Of a stretch of 64,000 bases of DNA, positions 12,501-25,379 are shown in pieces. The stretch's first letter is position 1. Every line of letters starts with the position of its first letter. The translations under genes and the position numbers were made by a program. This DNA comes from Trichinella spiralis (lineage: Eukaryota), in contig NW_003526941.1 of the NCBI RefSeq assembly GCF_000181795.1, positions 5,495,053 through 5,559,052 on the forward strand, given 5' to 3'. The notes under the pieces are model-generated. The model saw nothing but the letters and a program-made list of their open reading frames with translations, had not been told where the DNA came from and did no database searches.

Positions 12501-15500
12501 TTAATCGCATTTCAAAATCAGATGAAGGCCCGTACGTATGCAACGTGTTAACTAGCCGTGGTCGAGCCTTGGCAGACATTACCGTATTGGTCATTCGTAA
12601 GTTTGATTTGATTGTTTTTAATGTTTTTTTCGACAAAATTTCAGAAATTCAATTTTCAGAAAGACCTCGCGTTCATGTTAGTCCAAGAGTAATTGATTTC
12701 GCTCGAAATCAAGATTTCACAATTCGATGTGATGTCCAAGGTCAAGATGTCGTCGCTGTCCAATGGTATTTCAACGGCCGCCCCATTGTACCTGGACAGC
12801 GTTTTAATGTTGATTCAAATAGTACAGTTTTTGAACTTTTTTTCTTCAAATTCAAATATTTGCTTTATACTGTTTTTTGTTTATTATTTCAGATCAGCTA
12901 ACAGTGTTTAGAGCGGAAAAACAAAATGAAGGTAGATATGAATGCAGAGCGGAAAATGCGGCTGGCTCAACTAGCGACGCTGCGAATGCTCAACTACGCG
13001 GTACGTTTCTTTAATTTTGATTTATACTTGAATGTCATTACAGTATTCATTTTTGTAAACTATGTAATTGCCGTTAGTGATGTGAGAATATGTGGGTAAA
13101 AGCACAGTTGATTGTTAACAATGCTTAATATTGAAGGGAAGTTTGAAAAATTTCCATAATAAGATAAATTGTACGGGTAAATTTTAATTTCTATAAGATG
13201 ATCGTTTGACTTCTTTTCTACGGTTGACACTCATCTTTTGTGACAATTTTGAATATTTCAAACGAAAGTAAGGTATTCTTCAGTATTAGAATTTTGTTCG
13301 GTCACATGAAAAGGTTTTCGGCACTTTTCAAATTGTCGTATTTTATTGTACCGATGTTTGGGCAGTAAACATTGTTTATGTCACATTTGAGAAAGGTTAA
13401 TCAATCAGAATTTGTTCGTTTTCTTCAAACATTCCGCTTCGATGTGTTGAAATAAAGCGGGCTCGTAAAACAACATGTTTACACATGTTAGAATTCCAAA
13501 AGTCCAATATTTGACTTCTGTTGCACTATTGGTTAATTTTCATCAACCTTAGAAAAGCATAATAATAAGAATAATAATAAGGCTTAGGGGACATGTTTCG
13601 CATAGAGAAAACAACAACAAAATCAATAAATAAATGTGGTTGTTGGGTAGTTGGTGGATGTTGGATCAGATCTGCTTTTCATATTATTATTATTATTATT
13701 TTGATCTGATCGAATTAGTGAGGAATATTATGTATGGAATAGCATCAAAGCGAACAGAAGAAGGTGACTGAGAAGTAGGCGGGAAATGAGCGAGGATCTC
13801 TTCTGGATGATGAACGACGATGCGGCTGCACAGCGGCCGAACGTGTTGCAGTGGTGCTGCTTGCGATCGCATGTCAGACCTATCCTGGCAATTGGACGGC
13901 CGTCTTTGTTCGCAATTCCATATTTTCTGTAGGCGCTTTCGCACTGCTTTGTTTTATAATCGTAGCAGCAAAGTTCACAACGCCCGCGGAGAGTGTCACA
14001 TTCGCATGTAGCCAGAAGCGGCGAATGCTCTCGACACGGATCACGACAATCACCATCAACGCAGACGCGTCTTTTCCGAGAATCACAATATGCACCTTCG
14101 GCGTGGTTCAGGCACGCGTTCGCTGTGCATCTTTTGTTCAAGCATATTCGTCGATCACTCTTATCATCGCAAGGGACCCCGTCCGGCAAGTCGTGACATC
14201 GTCGGCAAGCTTCTCGTTCCCAATGTTCACCATTCGGCTTGAAAAGCAACAAAAAACAACCCATATATCTATATACAAGACAATTTGTATAGAAGAGGAA
14301 TACCTTGTAAATTTTGTAATGGTGAGCTGGCAAACAGGGACTAGCAGAATTTCCGCAGCATAAATAGCAGTAATTGTCATCTTCGGAAGGGCAGTTGCAT
14401 TGGCGCATGTTCAACCGTGCGCAGGCACTTTGGCAAGTACGATTACGACACAAGCCAGCTCTGGTCGGATCGCAGATGCTGTCTTCTTCACGATTTGTAC
14501 AATCGCCCACCGGTGGACCGAGGTCGTAAGCTGCGACGACGAAGCTTTGCAGAAAAAGCTGGGCTTGGGATATTAAAATGAATAAAGCGAAAATTGAAGA
14601 ACCAGTAAAATTGACAACGGGATTGTTGTCGGCTGCCGGCACAGGAAACAACATCGGTCGGGGCTACGAGCTTGTCGCCGCAGCTTTACAACATACTGCT
14701 GCTGTGGTTTCTGTTAGCAGCTGTGTTTACGCTCACAAATGGTCAGAAAAAGAGAAAATTTTTCGAAAAAAAGTGGAGGGTGTGCTAAATAGTGGAAGGG
14801 GAGTGGGATGAAAATAAGCGACGACTTTTGATGACCGAGCTGTTTGTTCTGTTGAATGTGTTTGTGCTGAAAATGAGAAAATCATAAAAAGCAAAAAGAA
14901 GGATAAACATAAACATATATAAACAGGCGGAAGAAAACAATATCAATTTATCAAAGTGGTCACTTTAAAAATTTTGTTATTGTTTTGCTTTTGCAGACGC
15001 GTTTTTTTATTTTTGAAATTTCGTTTTAAAACGTAAAATGTGTGTGATGCATGTGTATGTGTGTGTATACATGTATGCGTATATACGTATGGGCTGGTGA
15101 TGGATAGATGAAATTTGATGAGCTGGTGGTGGTGGTTGTCGTTTTTAAAAATTTCTCTCTCATTTGCCTATTCTCGAAGTGAAAACAAGACATGCTAGTG
15201 GTGCAGTAAAATTGGCGTGTTGAGTGACTGATTAGAGTTGCTAGTTGAGAACATTCTACGCTTAATGTTGTACGATTGGACGGCAGCTGTCACGCCAGCC
15301 GCGCGTCAATCGTCGGCTGAGAAGCGAAATCATCATTTCATATTTCAAATCAAGCAGGAAAAGCAAAAAACAACAAAAAATAACTACATACAACTCTGAT
15401 CTCAGCATGCATTATTTAAATATTTTTTTTTCTTTTTGGAAGCAGGGGGAAGGGGAAAGGAAGGGGTTTATTTTTACATTGTTTAGTAATGTTTGCACTG

Positions 15501-18500
15501 AGACAGTAAAAGTGATTTATTTTTTTTTACTTTTATTGGAGGAAGTTGAACGATCAAATGACGATCATGCTTTTTAGCTTAGAAAAATGACTAAACTTTT
15601 ATGTGATTGTTTTTCCTTTTCGCCTACAATGGCTAATAATACACAGTTTTGTTTACTCATAGAGTACGTTGAAATTTTCATTTTTGAAATTGAAAAAAAA
15701 AATATATATATTGTCAATGAAATGAAAATTATAAAAATCACTTTCTTACTGATTAAATTAATGAGCAAAGACTTTTCAATTTTTATAAATTTATGTTTAG
15801 AAATTATTTGTAGAAATTTCCTTTGTAATAATGAATGGAGAAAAAATATTTATATGCCCAAAGGAGTTTGAAAAGTAAAGAATACTAATTTGTAATGAAA
15901 GCTTTGAAATTTCAAATTCTCTCAAAGAGGAGGAGTGCATATATTTTATATATATATATATATGGGGAAGAAGCAGGTTTAGCCAATTAGCGCGTGTGAT
16001 CGTGAAGGAAGAAATTATTCAAAACGGGCGACTGTCTTTTTTTTTCTCAATGCAAATAGCTACAAGCTTATCTTTACCGGAAATTCCGTTTTCCGGTGCA
16101 AATCGAGCATCAGTAAACAATTTGTCAAATGAATTGTAAAAATCCACGTAAAATATTCGTTCAGGAGTTCAGCGATCACTTCATTAGCGAATTCAGAGGC
16201 AAACTTTCTTCGAATTAATGATTCGACTAGGTTCAGTTGAAAATTTAAATTATAAACTTGCATATATGCAAAAGATGTGCGTATTGAAGAAAAGCAAATC
16301 AACTTGCGCGCGCGCGATTAGCTTTGATTTCAAGCAGTATTACAAATTGAATGAAATTAGTATAACGAAAAAAAATATATATATATATTACGAGATAAAT
16401 TGACCTTAACGTACATTTTGGCGAACAATTTAGCACATCTATTTCTTATTGTCTACTTTTTTAAATGTCGATAATAATCTCCTCATATGTGTATGTTTTT
16501 GTGACGGAAGCATACATGTTTTTCGTGTTTATTATTAATTTTTTGAGATGTTTATATATTTAAATTATTTTGGTCTTTGTGTAAAATGTATTTTCTAGTT
16601 AGTTTAGTTTTGAAACAGTGGGTAACTGATCAGAATCTGAGCGATATTTTTTAATCAATTCAAAGCTGATTGGTTTAACCATCGGCAGGCAGTGAGAAGA
16701 CAATTTAATTTCTATACCGATTAAGAATAAATTCAATTTTTAATAGAATAATTGTAAAAGTACGAAATGCTTCATTTTTCTTCTGTCAAGCTCTTTTTCT
16801 ACATTTCTCTTTCCCTCTACCTCCCGCCCCTATGCTTTTCTCTCTTTGACTCAGTTTCAGTCGATTTTTTTTCCCAACTGGTCATCTATCATAGCAGAAT
16901 TGTAGAGGAGCAAAAAAGAATAATGGAATATTTTTATCATTTGGCATGGAATGATAAATTTGTTATTTGAAAAGCTATATTTGGTGGCAATTGCTTTTGC
17001 TATTTTTGAATGTAGAACAACAGCTTATGCTGTTTTGGAATGTAGAGCAGAAAGAATAAGAATAAGAAGAAGAGGAAGAAGAAGGCATGCAGGCATGCAT
17101 GCATGATTCCCTGGTTGGCGGTTGAAGAAAGGTCGAATTTCCACTTCACAAATTCCTCGTTATCAATGCAACATATGCGTTATGAATCGATTGAATGTGA
17201 ATCTCTATTCTTGATCATATATGCAATTGGCGAGGGGATCAATAGAAATTTGTACTCAATCAGGCGAAGCAAACCTGGACAAAATTTGCCGTTGGTCAGT
17301 TGAAATTTGATTGATTATTTGGTTTGTTGGAAACGATGTAGCAGTTTGATTTGTATGAAAGAAAATTTAAACATAAACATATATGTATATATTGTAATGT
17401 AAGGGAAAAAGTCAACAACAACAACAACAACAGTGAGAGAGCAATAGTAGTAGCAGTAGTAGATGAGTAGTTAATTTAATATTACAATTTTCCTCTGGGA
17501 TAGGCTTTTTTCAACAATTGTGCTTAAATCGATTGCCACGAATTAAGAAAAGCGTTCAATTCGATGAAGCTCACTTTCGCATTTCAATTCAACATCAGTA
17601 GCAGCATGTGTGTTATTTGGAAGAAAAAGCAAACAGCGCGCGGAAATGATGATATCATCAAGCTGTGTATCTGTCAGCGTCCGTAACGGCTGCTTAAGCT
17701 AATTATGTATATACTATAATAAAGTTGATAAGCATTTTCAACTGGAATCGAGCTGAATTTTAAAATTTTCTTTAATACATTTATCCCACCTAAACCATCC
17801 AGTATTATGATAATCATAATTGTTGTCGGCGTCGCTGTTGTTGTTGTTGTTTTAGTGTTCCTTCAGTATGGTTTTTAAATTGGTTAAAATTATTAACTTT
17901 TAACTAATTGCAATGTCTAAAAATAAGCACAGCAGTATGAAAAGAATTGGTCGTCAAGGTAACGAAGATAATTTTAAAGAAAAATACATATGAAACATTT
18001 TCCGTTTTACCTGTACATCTGAACAATTAAACGGGTACAAAGTTGTTTTTTTTATTATTAAATTTATCCCTATACTACTTGGAGTAAGGCTTTGGCTTCC
18101 CATATTTGGTATGGCCGATTGGTGATCAAATGACGGTAATTCAATGGAAAATTAGTCAACGAGCAAACAAACATGCATCACACGGGCGCGTTATTTATCA
18201 CCACCAAGGCGCATACATGTGAGAAAATAAGCATTTAAGAGAAAGGGAAATTTTTCTCTTCTTGTCCGGATGTTTTGTAGATCAAACATTTCATCACATA
18301 CAAAATGTCAAAAGCATTAAAATGCACAACAATAATATTGATGATAATCATGCACAAAAAATCAATTTTTCACAGTAGCTTTTACCTTTTGTTATACTGT
18401 CTGACAGTGAATGGAAGTGGAGAATTTTAAAAAAAATAATAATAATAAATAGAAAAACTTTTCATCCTTTCAAATCTTCATAGTATTATGATAAAATTAA

Positions 18501-19052
18501 TTGGAGTTTTATTTTCTTTTTTTTTCATTCGTTCAGTTCAACTTTGAGCTTGAGAAGCTTGAGCTGAGCTTGGTTATTATTACTATCATTATTATCATTA
18601 AGGCCGGCATATATCTTGTTCACCTGGCCGAAAGTGAATAGCGACTATTATATTAAATCGATGTTTAGCTGTGAGCTAATGTCGGGAAAGGGGAGAGACG
18701 CTTTGGTGTTTTTCGGCAGACGAAATAGGGTTCATCGATTGGGCAATGGGTACCTTTGGACACGCCTACAATCGATCATCAATCGAAGGGAACCCGGCCG
18801 GGTTTTACTTTTCCGTTTTCTCTTCTCTCAAGTCCCTTTTAAATATTGAACGAGCTATTTTATTATTATTTTCCTTGATTATTTACTTTCATTCATGTTC
18901 AATATACATCATAAAATATACATATGCATGTACGACCGTTATTGTATATTGTGTTCTTTTTTTTTGGTTTTTCATTAGCCGATTATTAATCACTTTTTAT
19001 AGCAGTAGCTTTTCGAACAGTATAAAAGAGAATAAATTTTCATCTAATCTAC

Positions 19053-19098
<46 letters not shown>

Positions 19099-20904
19099 GT
19101 TTTCAATGGAAAGGATAATTGTGGCGCATTTTCAAAAAAAATACATTTGTATTAATCTTTTGGAGTCTAATTTTTTGATCACTTTCTGAAAATGAACAGT
19201 CAATTAACTGACTAACTGACTGTAAATGACTCTTTGAACAAACTTGGCGGATGGATATTCGTCAAATGGCATCTGGTGACTTTGAAAAAAAATTACAAGT
19301 CTGTTGTTGTTGTTGTTCAGTTATTATTTTTGAATTTATATAATTTAAATGAGAGACAGGGAATATTCTATCCTATTTCTTTCAATATGTACATCAAATT
19401 TACATACCTTAATTTGAAACGTTGGCAAAAATTTGCATTTGAAATTCGGCGTGGATTGTTAGATCAAAATGATCAGAAACCATTGATATGATGATAAGTG
19501 ATGATGAATGATAAGTATAATAAGATTGAAGAGATTGGATTGTGATTGTGATCGTCAATTTTCTTTCTGTTGCATCAAGGCGCAGTGTACTCGTTCTGTT
19601 TGTCCAACGGCAGCATCGAGCAGCGCATTTGCCCACTTTGCGCCTGAACGTGATATTTGCTTAGCTGTCCGTCTGTGTACCAGCTAACAATCATCGTGGA
19701 AATGTTTATTATATTTTCTGTAAATTATTCGATCCATATTGAAATATTTTCAAAAATTTCATCACAGAAATCTTGTCGTATCCTTTTTTTATTCATCTTT
19801 GTTTCTTTTTTTCATTTATTTAAAAAAATTTTTTTAACTTTTTTTAAAATAATATTAGATTTGAAATTGACGCAGAAGTTGTATTATACAAAAAAAAGGG
19901 ATTAATAATTTTCAATTCTTGTCATTAGATTTTTTTTATGCAACAACAGTTTTTCATTTTTAGTCAATTTTTAATGCATTTCAGTTCGATTCATTTGTAC
20001 ATTTTTTTTATTGATTTTTAATGCTCTAATTTGCATCAATTGTAATTTCGACTGAATTCTTTCACCTGAAAAATTTCTCTTTCAACTTGGTCAATTTCCT
20101 GCTCCAGATGAAAAAATTTTCAATTTCACCATTCGAAAAGAAACTCTTTCGCTTTTCAATTGTTATTATTATTTTTTAAATTTCATTGTTGTATATTTAA
20201 AATTATAAAAGCAAAGTTGAATTATCATCATTTACAATGTGAAGAAGCATCAGTTGAAAGAAATGCACAAATGAAAATGAATCAAATTAATTAATTATGT
20301 TTGTTTCAGAATTGCCCAGAATTCATCCGCCGGATCAAAATGTGACCGTCAGTGAAAATGAAACGGCAACGTTGGAATGCAACGTTCACGGCGGCTATCC
20401 ACCGGCACGTCTGTACTGGTACAAAGAACCGAATGAAAAAATTGAAGCTGATAATGACAGTAAGCTTTTAAAAAAATATGATTAGCAATTATTATTATTA
20501 TTATTGTAAGATGATATTTATTCATGGTCAGAGTATATTTTCGATGGAGAAAAATTGTTGATCAAGCAGAGCGAAAAATCCGACGCTGGAAATTATCGAT
20601 GCGTTGCGGAAAATGAAGTTGGTAAAAGCGTTGCTCAAAGACGTCTTTTCGTGACACGTAAATTTTTTCTTGTTGTTGTTGTTGTTGTTGTTGTTTATTT
20701 ATTTGTTTATTTTTAGCACCAATTCGGTATTTGTGGACAATGTGCGATGAACATGGTCGGGCAATTAAAACCACATACGTACCGGCCAGAGGTGACACAC
20801 CGATGATCAATTCGCCAATGCTTCCGTGGGATACAGAAGTGATCGATTTTCCAATTATCAACGGGTCTAACAACGTGTTCATCCGTTGTTTACCATCCAA
20901 CTGA
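9327..20904 (+). CDS. Short hemicentin-like (HMCN/him-4 family) secreted protein: signal peptide, polyQ, vWA domain, hemicentin motif region, 4 Ig domains, RGD-containing terminal module; about 15 exons, roughly 880 aa
   Basis: Hemicentin vWA motifs [70 protein letters not shown]. Ig signatures [28 protein letters not shown]. Large intron 13001-20309. Last exon about 20717-20904 ends IRCLPSN-TGA. Confidence 0.88.
13728..14654 (-). CDS. Nested cysteine-rich cell-surface protein with two tandem ADAM10/ADAM17-like Cys-rich modules, N-terminal hydrophobic signal and C-terminal hydrophobic (GPI-like) tail; intron 14303-14238
   Basis: 308-codon ORF including an in-frame 66-nt GT-AG intron. Repeated pattern CxxxxCxxxC...CxC....CxLCC....C ([54 protein letters not shown]) and terminal [17 protein letters not shown]. 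No HExxH metalloprotease motif. Confidence 0.85.
   Translation of the reverse strand: MLFPVPAADNNPVVNFTGSSIFALFILISQAQLFLQSFVVAAYDLGPPVGDCTNREEDSICDPTRAGLCRNRTCQSACARLNMRQCNCPSEDDNYCYLCCGNSASPCLPAHHYKIYKVFLFYTNCLVYRYMGCFLLLFKPNGEHWEREACRRCHDLPDGVPCDDKSDRRICLNKRCTANACLNHAEGAYCDSRKRRVCVDGDCRDPCREHSPLLATCECDTLRGRCELCCYDYKTKQCESAYRKYGIANKDGRPIARIGLTCDRKQHHCNTFGRCAAASSFIIQKRSSLISRLLLSHLLLFALMLFHT
19054..19098. repeat. (TTA)n microsatellite in the large hemicentin intron
   Basis: Uninterrupted ttattatta run. Confidence 0.9.
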
Positions 20905-21369
20905 ACAGCCATGCCATAAAAATGATAAGTTATTATTATCAATTATAATTTTTCGTATACTTTATTTATCGTCTATCATTTGACTCTACATTCTACAACT
21001 TGCTGCACTGGCGTAGAAAAAAAGTTTTCCTTCTTTCTTTCCTTTTTCCCTATTTAGTGTGCACGCTTTGGTCACAATAATCGTTGAGAGCTGCATTAAC
21101 AACTAACAAATTTTAATTCATAACAAATATAACATCCATAATAGCAACAATAAATATGGTAAATTAATTCGAGTCCTCTAATTTTGATCGTTAAAAAAAT
21201 ACGGGAAATAAGTACGTGAACTTCTCTACTGAGCAATAACATTTAACAGTATTTGTTATTGATGGTGATAACATTGATAAATAAATGTATAATATAATAC
21301 AATCTCTAATGGTAACAAACAAAACAAGAAACATCAACGAATAATTTCAATAAAAGCTATCGTGTCTTG

Positions 21370-23062
21370 TTACTGTTGATTTCGGTTTTCTTCAGCAAAT
21401 TGCAGTGCATCCGATTCCATTGTCCAACGAAAATGACTCAACAGTGCACCGACCATCCATGCCGATATTATGATCCACATTTCTGTTTTGTCTGAAATTG
21501 GTGTACCGCAAACTGTGTACCATTCAAGAGTGCCACCGCTAGGAGCTTCCGGCTTCTTTTTAACACAATGGAAATCGAAATTTGGATCCAATTTCGACAA
21601 GCACAGCATATCTTTATATTCTATGCTCTTAAAAAAACTTCAAAAATGAATTCTATCTTTTTAAACTCTAAAATCATCCATACAAGATCCAAGAAGGAAT
21701 GTTTGGTTGTAGTTGCACGACATGAGCCCAGTGGTTGATGAATGCCAGTTGAAATTACATCTTCTGGTGAATAAAAGGCCAGTACAATTAACAGGAACGT
21801 ATACATGATGAATATCACAGCAGTTAATTCGTTCAACATTGCAAAAATTGCTAAAAAATGAAAAGCATCAAGTGAAAATAAAAAGAAAATCCAGTAATTG
21901 AGGAACTTACTTGACAGTCCTACAGTATATCCAGATTGTCGACGGCCTTCTTCTAGTTGCTGTATCCATTCGAAATTGGATATCAGCGAAATTAACAAGA
22001 AAATAAAGAAATAACTGCACAGATTGCTTGTTAGTTGTTTAAACATAAGAAATATCACTTCAAAGGTATAAAATCCGAAAACTGGCGCCAATTGAGCAGG
22101 AGTCAGTACGCATATCAATTCACGAATGAAGCTGAAAGTTTGTACAAAATCCATATCACATTATAGCACTGTAATTTTGTTGTCAATTATTAAAAACTCA
22201 CAGTTTCCAATTGTAGTCTTCTGTTAGTAAACATCGATGGGAAATGCGGAAGAAAAGAACAAAGTACATGACGCTCAAAGAATAGATCAATTCGGGACCA
22301 AGCCGTAGAGGGCCTAATCGTTCGACCAAAAATGGATGCTCCGTATGCCAAGTCCACCACAGCATCTTCGTGCCTATCAAAACAAACGGCACGCGTAGTG
22401 CTGTAGAAGTCAGCGCTACTAGCAAGCTTTGACACATCATTGTCAACTTCAAGCTGTAATAAAAAGAAAATACAAATTACTGAGAATAAATTGGTTTCAA
22501 GAAAGAAATTCAACTTGCCGGTGAATAATCGCTAGTGTTGTGTAAATTATAGTCGGATGTACGAATAGAATAACGTAGCCAGGAATACGGCGACCAAAAA
22601 ATGTCAACAAGGACTGTGAATACCACATGAAATCATTTGTCTCGCAAAAGTGGATCTTTCGGATTTCATACATCATTCCAAATACTACAGTTCCGATCCA
22701 CATGTAAACATGACGCCCACCCATTCGTACAGCTGAACGTTGAAATATTACAATAATGTCTGCTTCATTAGGAGTAATGAAAAACTTACCGTGAATAAAC
22801 GTCAGCAGAAAAGTTACAAAAAAGGTTAATGAACATAACAGCACTGTCGGATGGTCAGCCAGTAGCCAACGGATATCATTGGCCCCACAAACCCAGTCAG
22901 CAAACTAACATCAAATAACGGTATTAAAGCAATATCATGACTATAAAGTTAGTATTTAAACATGAAACACCGTACCATAACAACATTGTATCCAATATTC
23001 TTAAGTGTAGCTCTTGTTTCTTGAGAAAAATCAATTGGGATGCGATCAATCAAATAATCCAT
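21370..23062 (-). CDS. Conserved multi-pass membrane protein of unknown function (about 7 exons; resembles the WWTWH-motif, DUF7802-type family)
   Basis: Spliced product MDYLIDRIP..FADWVCG..LLTFIHAVRMGGRHVYMWIGTVVFGMMYE..FMWYSQSLLTFFGRRIPGY..GTKMLWWTWHTEHP..STGIHQPLGSC..FDFHCV..EWYTVCGTP; many hydrophobic helices. The family name is from memory. Confidence 0.8.
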
Positions 23063-23706
23063 CTCTGTCCTAAAGCATTTATGGTTCATAAATAAATACA
23101 TATGTTTCAGTATATGTATACATATGTAGTAGGAATTATATTTCATCTTAAAATATTCAACCCTTTTGCTACGATTGTTAATTTACCTTCAAAAGGCGTA
23201 TTACAAAGAATCTGAGTTCAATGAAGCAAGGAGATGGAGATAACAACAGCTGCTAAGTTTCTTATTGTAGGTCAAATGATTTGCAGGATCTTTTTATGAT
23301 TTAAATTCGAACAAACCCAATTAAGAAAAGTAGGACAACAAGTATCCTTAGTCGGTACATTAATTTGTATATATGTAATATTCATTTTTTTAAAATATTT
23401 TTTGCAAATGTAAACATTAAAAGGTTGAATTCATTTATTATTCCTTTTTATTAATTCTTTTAGATACTGTAATGAATTAATAAAATATTGAAACTGGAAA
23501 TAATTACATACGATTCAGCATTGTTTAGTAGCATTTTGTAACTTTTATTCATTTAATCAATTAATTTTTATAAATTATAGTTTTTCTGCTGCTAAAAGAA
23601 GCCATCCTAATAGCGAGCGTTACATTAAACGTGATCATAGATAGGTGTTGCATACTGTGAACACGAAAGACTTCCAAAAACTTTTTCTCTTAAACAACTA
23701 AAAGTG

Positions 23707-25379
23707 ATGTTAAAAAGACTATTTCAGTTGTCGAAATTAAATTCGATCAAAAAATTTGATGTTACGTATATTATTTTGCAACAATACAGTCAGAAATTTC
23801 CTCAATTTCCTGCGTCGCCGTTAACTTCAAAGCGTATTCGTGTTTATGGATATTTCTTGCTTGTAAGGCTATTTTTTATACTGCATGTTTTGTATTTGAT
23901 AAATTATAGTTTTATCATCTATTTGATTAGTATTTTGAATAAAACGCGTTGATTGAAGATTTCAAAAGATGCTGGCAGAGTGAAGCAAATATTAAATGAT
24001 AAAACGACTATTATTGAACTTCTGAAAATTAAATGTGTTATATTGATGGAATGTAATATTTTTTCATTCAAAAAAATTGTTTGATTTTTTGATGTTTCAA
24101 TAATTTATTCTGATTAACCAAATTGTTTAAACATTTTTTTTCAAATATTCAAGTTTTCTTTACAGCAAGCAAATGCTATTAATTTGAAATAGCTTTCAAA
24201 AGTCAAGTTTTTTATTATCATATTTGCATTCTTTAAATGTATTCTTTTAGATTTTTCCTGTTGGCTTTTTTGGGCTTGGTTTATGGCAAGTAAATCGTCG
24301 TAAATGGAAAAAGCAGTTATTGCGTGAATTACGTGAACGTTACTGCGCTCCACCGGTGGAATTACCTGATGAGTTAGTATTGCTTGCATTTTTTATCAAT
24401 TTTTTTTAAATTAAATTATTTGCTTGTATTTTTAGTCTTGCCAAATTGAACGACATGGAATTTTGTAGAATCAAAGTTTGTGGACAGTTTTTACACAATG
24501 AAGAATTTTATATTCCCAATCGCTTGCGCAGGGACGAAGCTGCTTTGGATACCAAGTCACATTTTTTGGTCGACGTCCATTCACCTGTCGGAGTGCATGT
24601 TGTCACTCCATTTCTTGTAGAAGGAAAAGGGTGTGGTTGTTCATTTTTTGCAACATGCGATTTAACGTTAAGGGATTGTTGACTTTTAGGTACAGAATAT
24701 TGATTAATCGAGGTTGGGTGCCGAATGAGCTCAAAGATCCCAAGCGTCGACAGAGAGGACAAGTCAGTTAATGGTCGAATGTTTGAAAATACACTTTTAT
24801 AAATCGTTGTGTTGCAGATCGAAGGTAGAGTTGAAGTAACTGGAGTGAATCGACTTCACGAAAAGGTACTGAAATGTGTTTTTTTAAGAAATGAAAATTT
24901 AAAATATTTTTCGTTGTAGAAACCACCTTTTGTTTTCGAAAGCATTCCTTACCGGGATGAATATTTTTATCGAGATGTTGTCACTATGGCGAAGTTTCAC
25001 AATACACTGCCAATTTATATCGAAGCTGATAGCTGTATCAATTAATCAGTTTTCTATTTTTTTTAAATATTGCTTGCATTTAGCATTTTACTTATTTTAG
25101 CTTCTAATGTACCCGGCGGTCCAATTGGCGGTCAGACCAATGTTAAAGTTTCCGACAATCACACCACTTACATAATCACATGGTTTGTTATGAAAATATT
25201 TTTTTGATAATTTTTTAGTGTTTCTTTTTAAATAAAATGAAATTATATACGTATCTAGTAAAAAAAGCATTCATGATGATTGATTGTTGATGAAATGTTA
25301 TTCATTAGTTGTTTTTTGTTTCAGGTGGAGCTTATCCGCTCTTACGGCATTTGCTTGGTTGAAAATGTTTTTCTGGTAA
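23707..25379 (+). CDS. SURF1: Surfeit locus protein 1 (cytochrome c oxidase assembly factor), 8 exons
   Basis: [66 protein letters not shown]. Basic N-terminal presequence. Head-to-head with the 21370-23062 gene. Confidence 0.95.

Noticed and set aside
13851..14363. 170-aa plus-strand ORF and similar antisense ORFs over real exons (e.g. 58509-58803, 50775-51077, 30676-31215)
   Set aside because: Shadow ORFs on the opposite strand or frame of supported genes.
17036..17058. TGGAATGTA resembling the miR-1 5' end (also let-7-like GAGGTAGT near 7905)
   Set aside because: Only the seed region matches and no precursor hairpin is evident.
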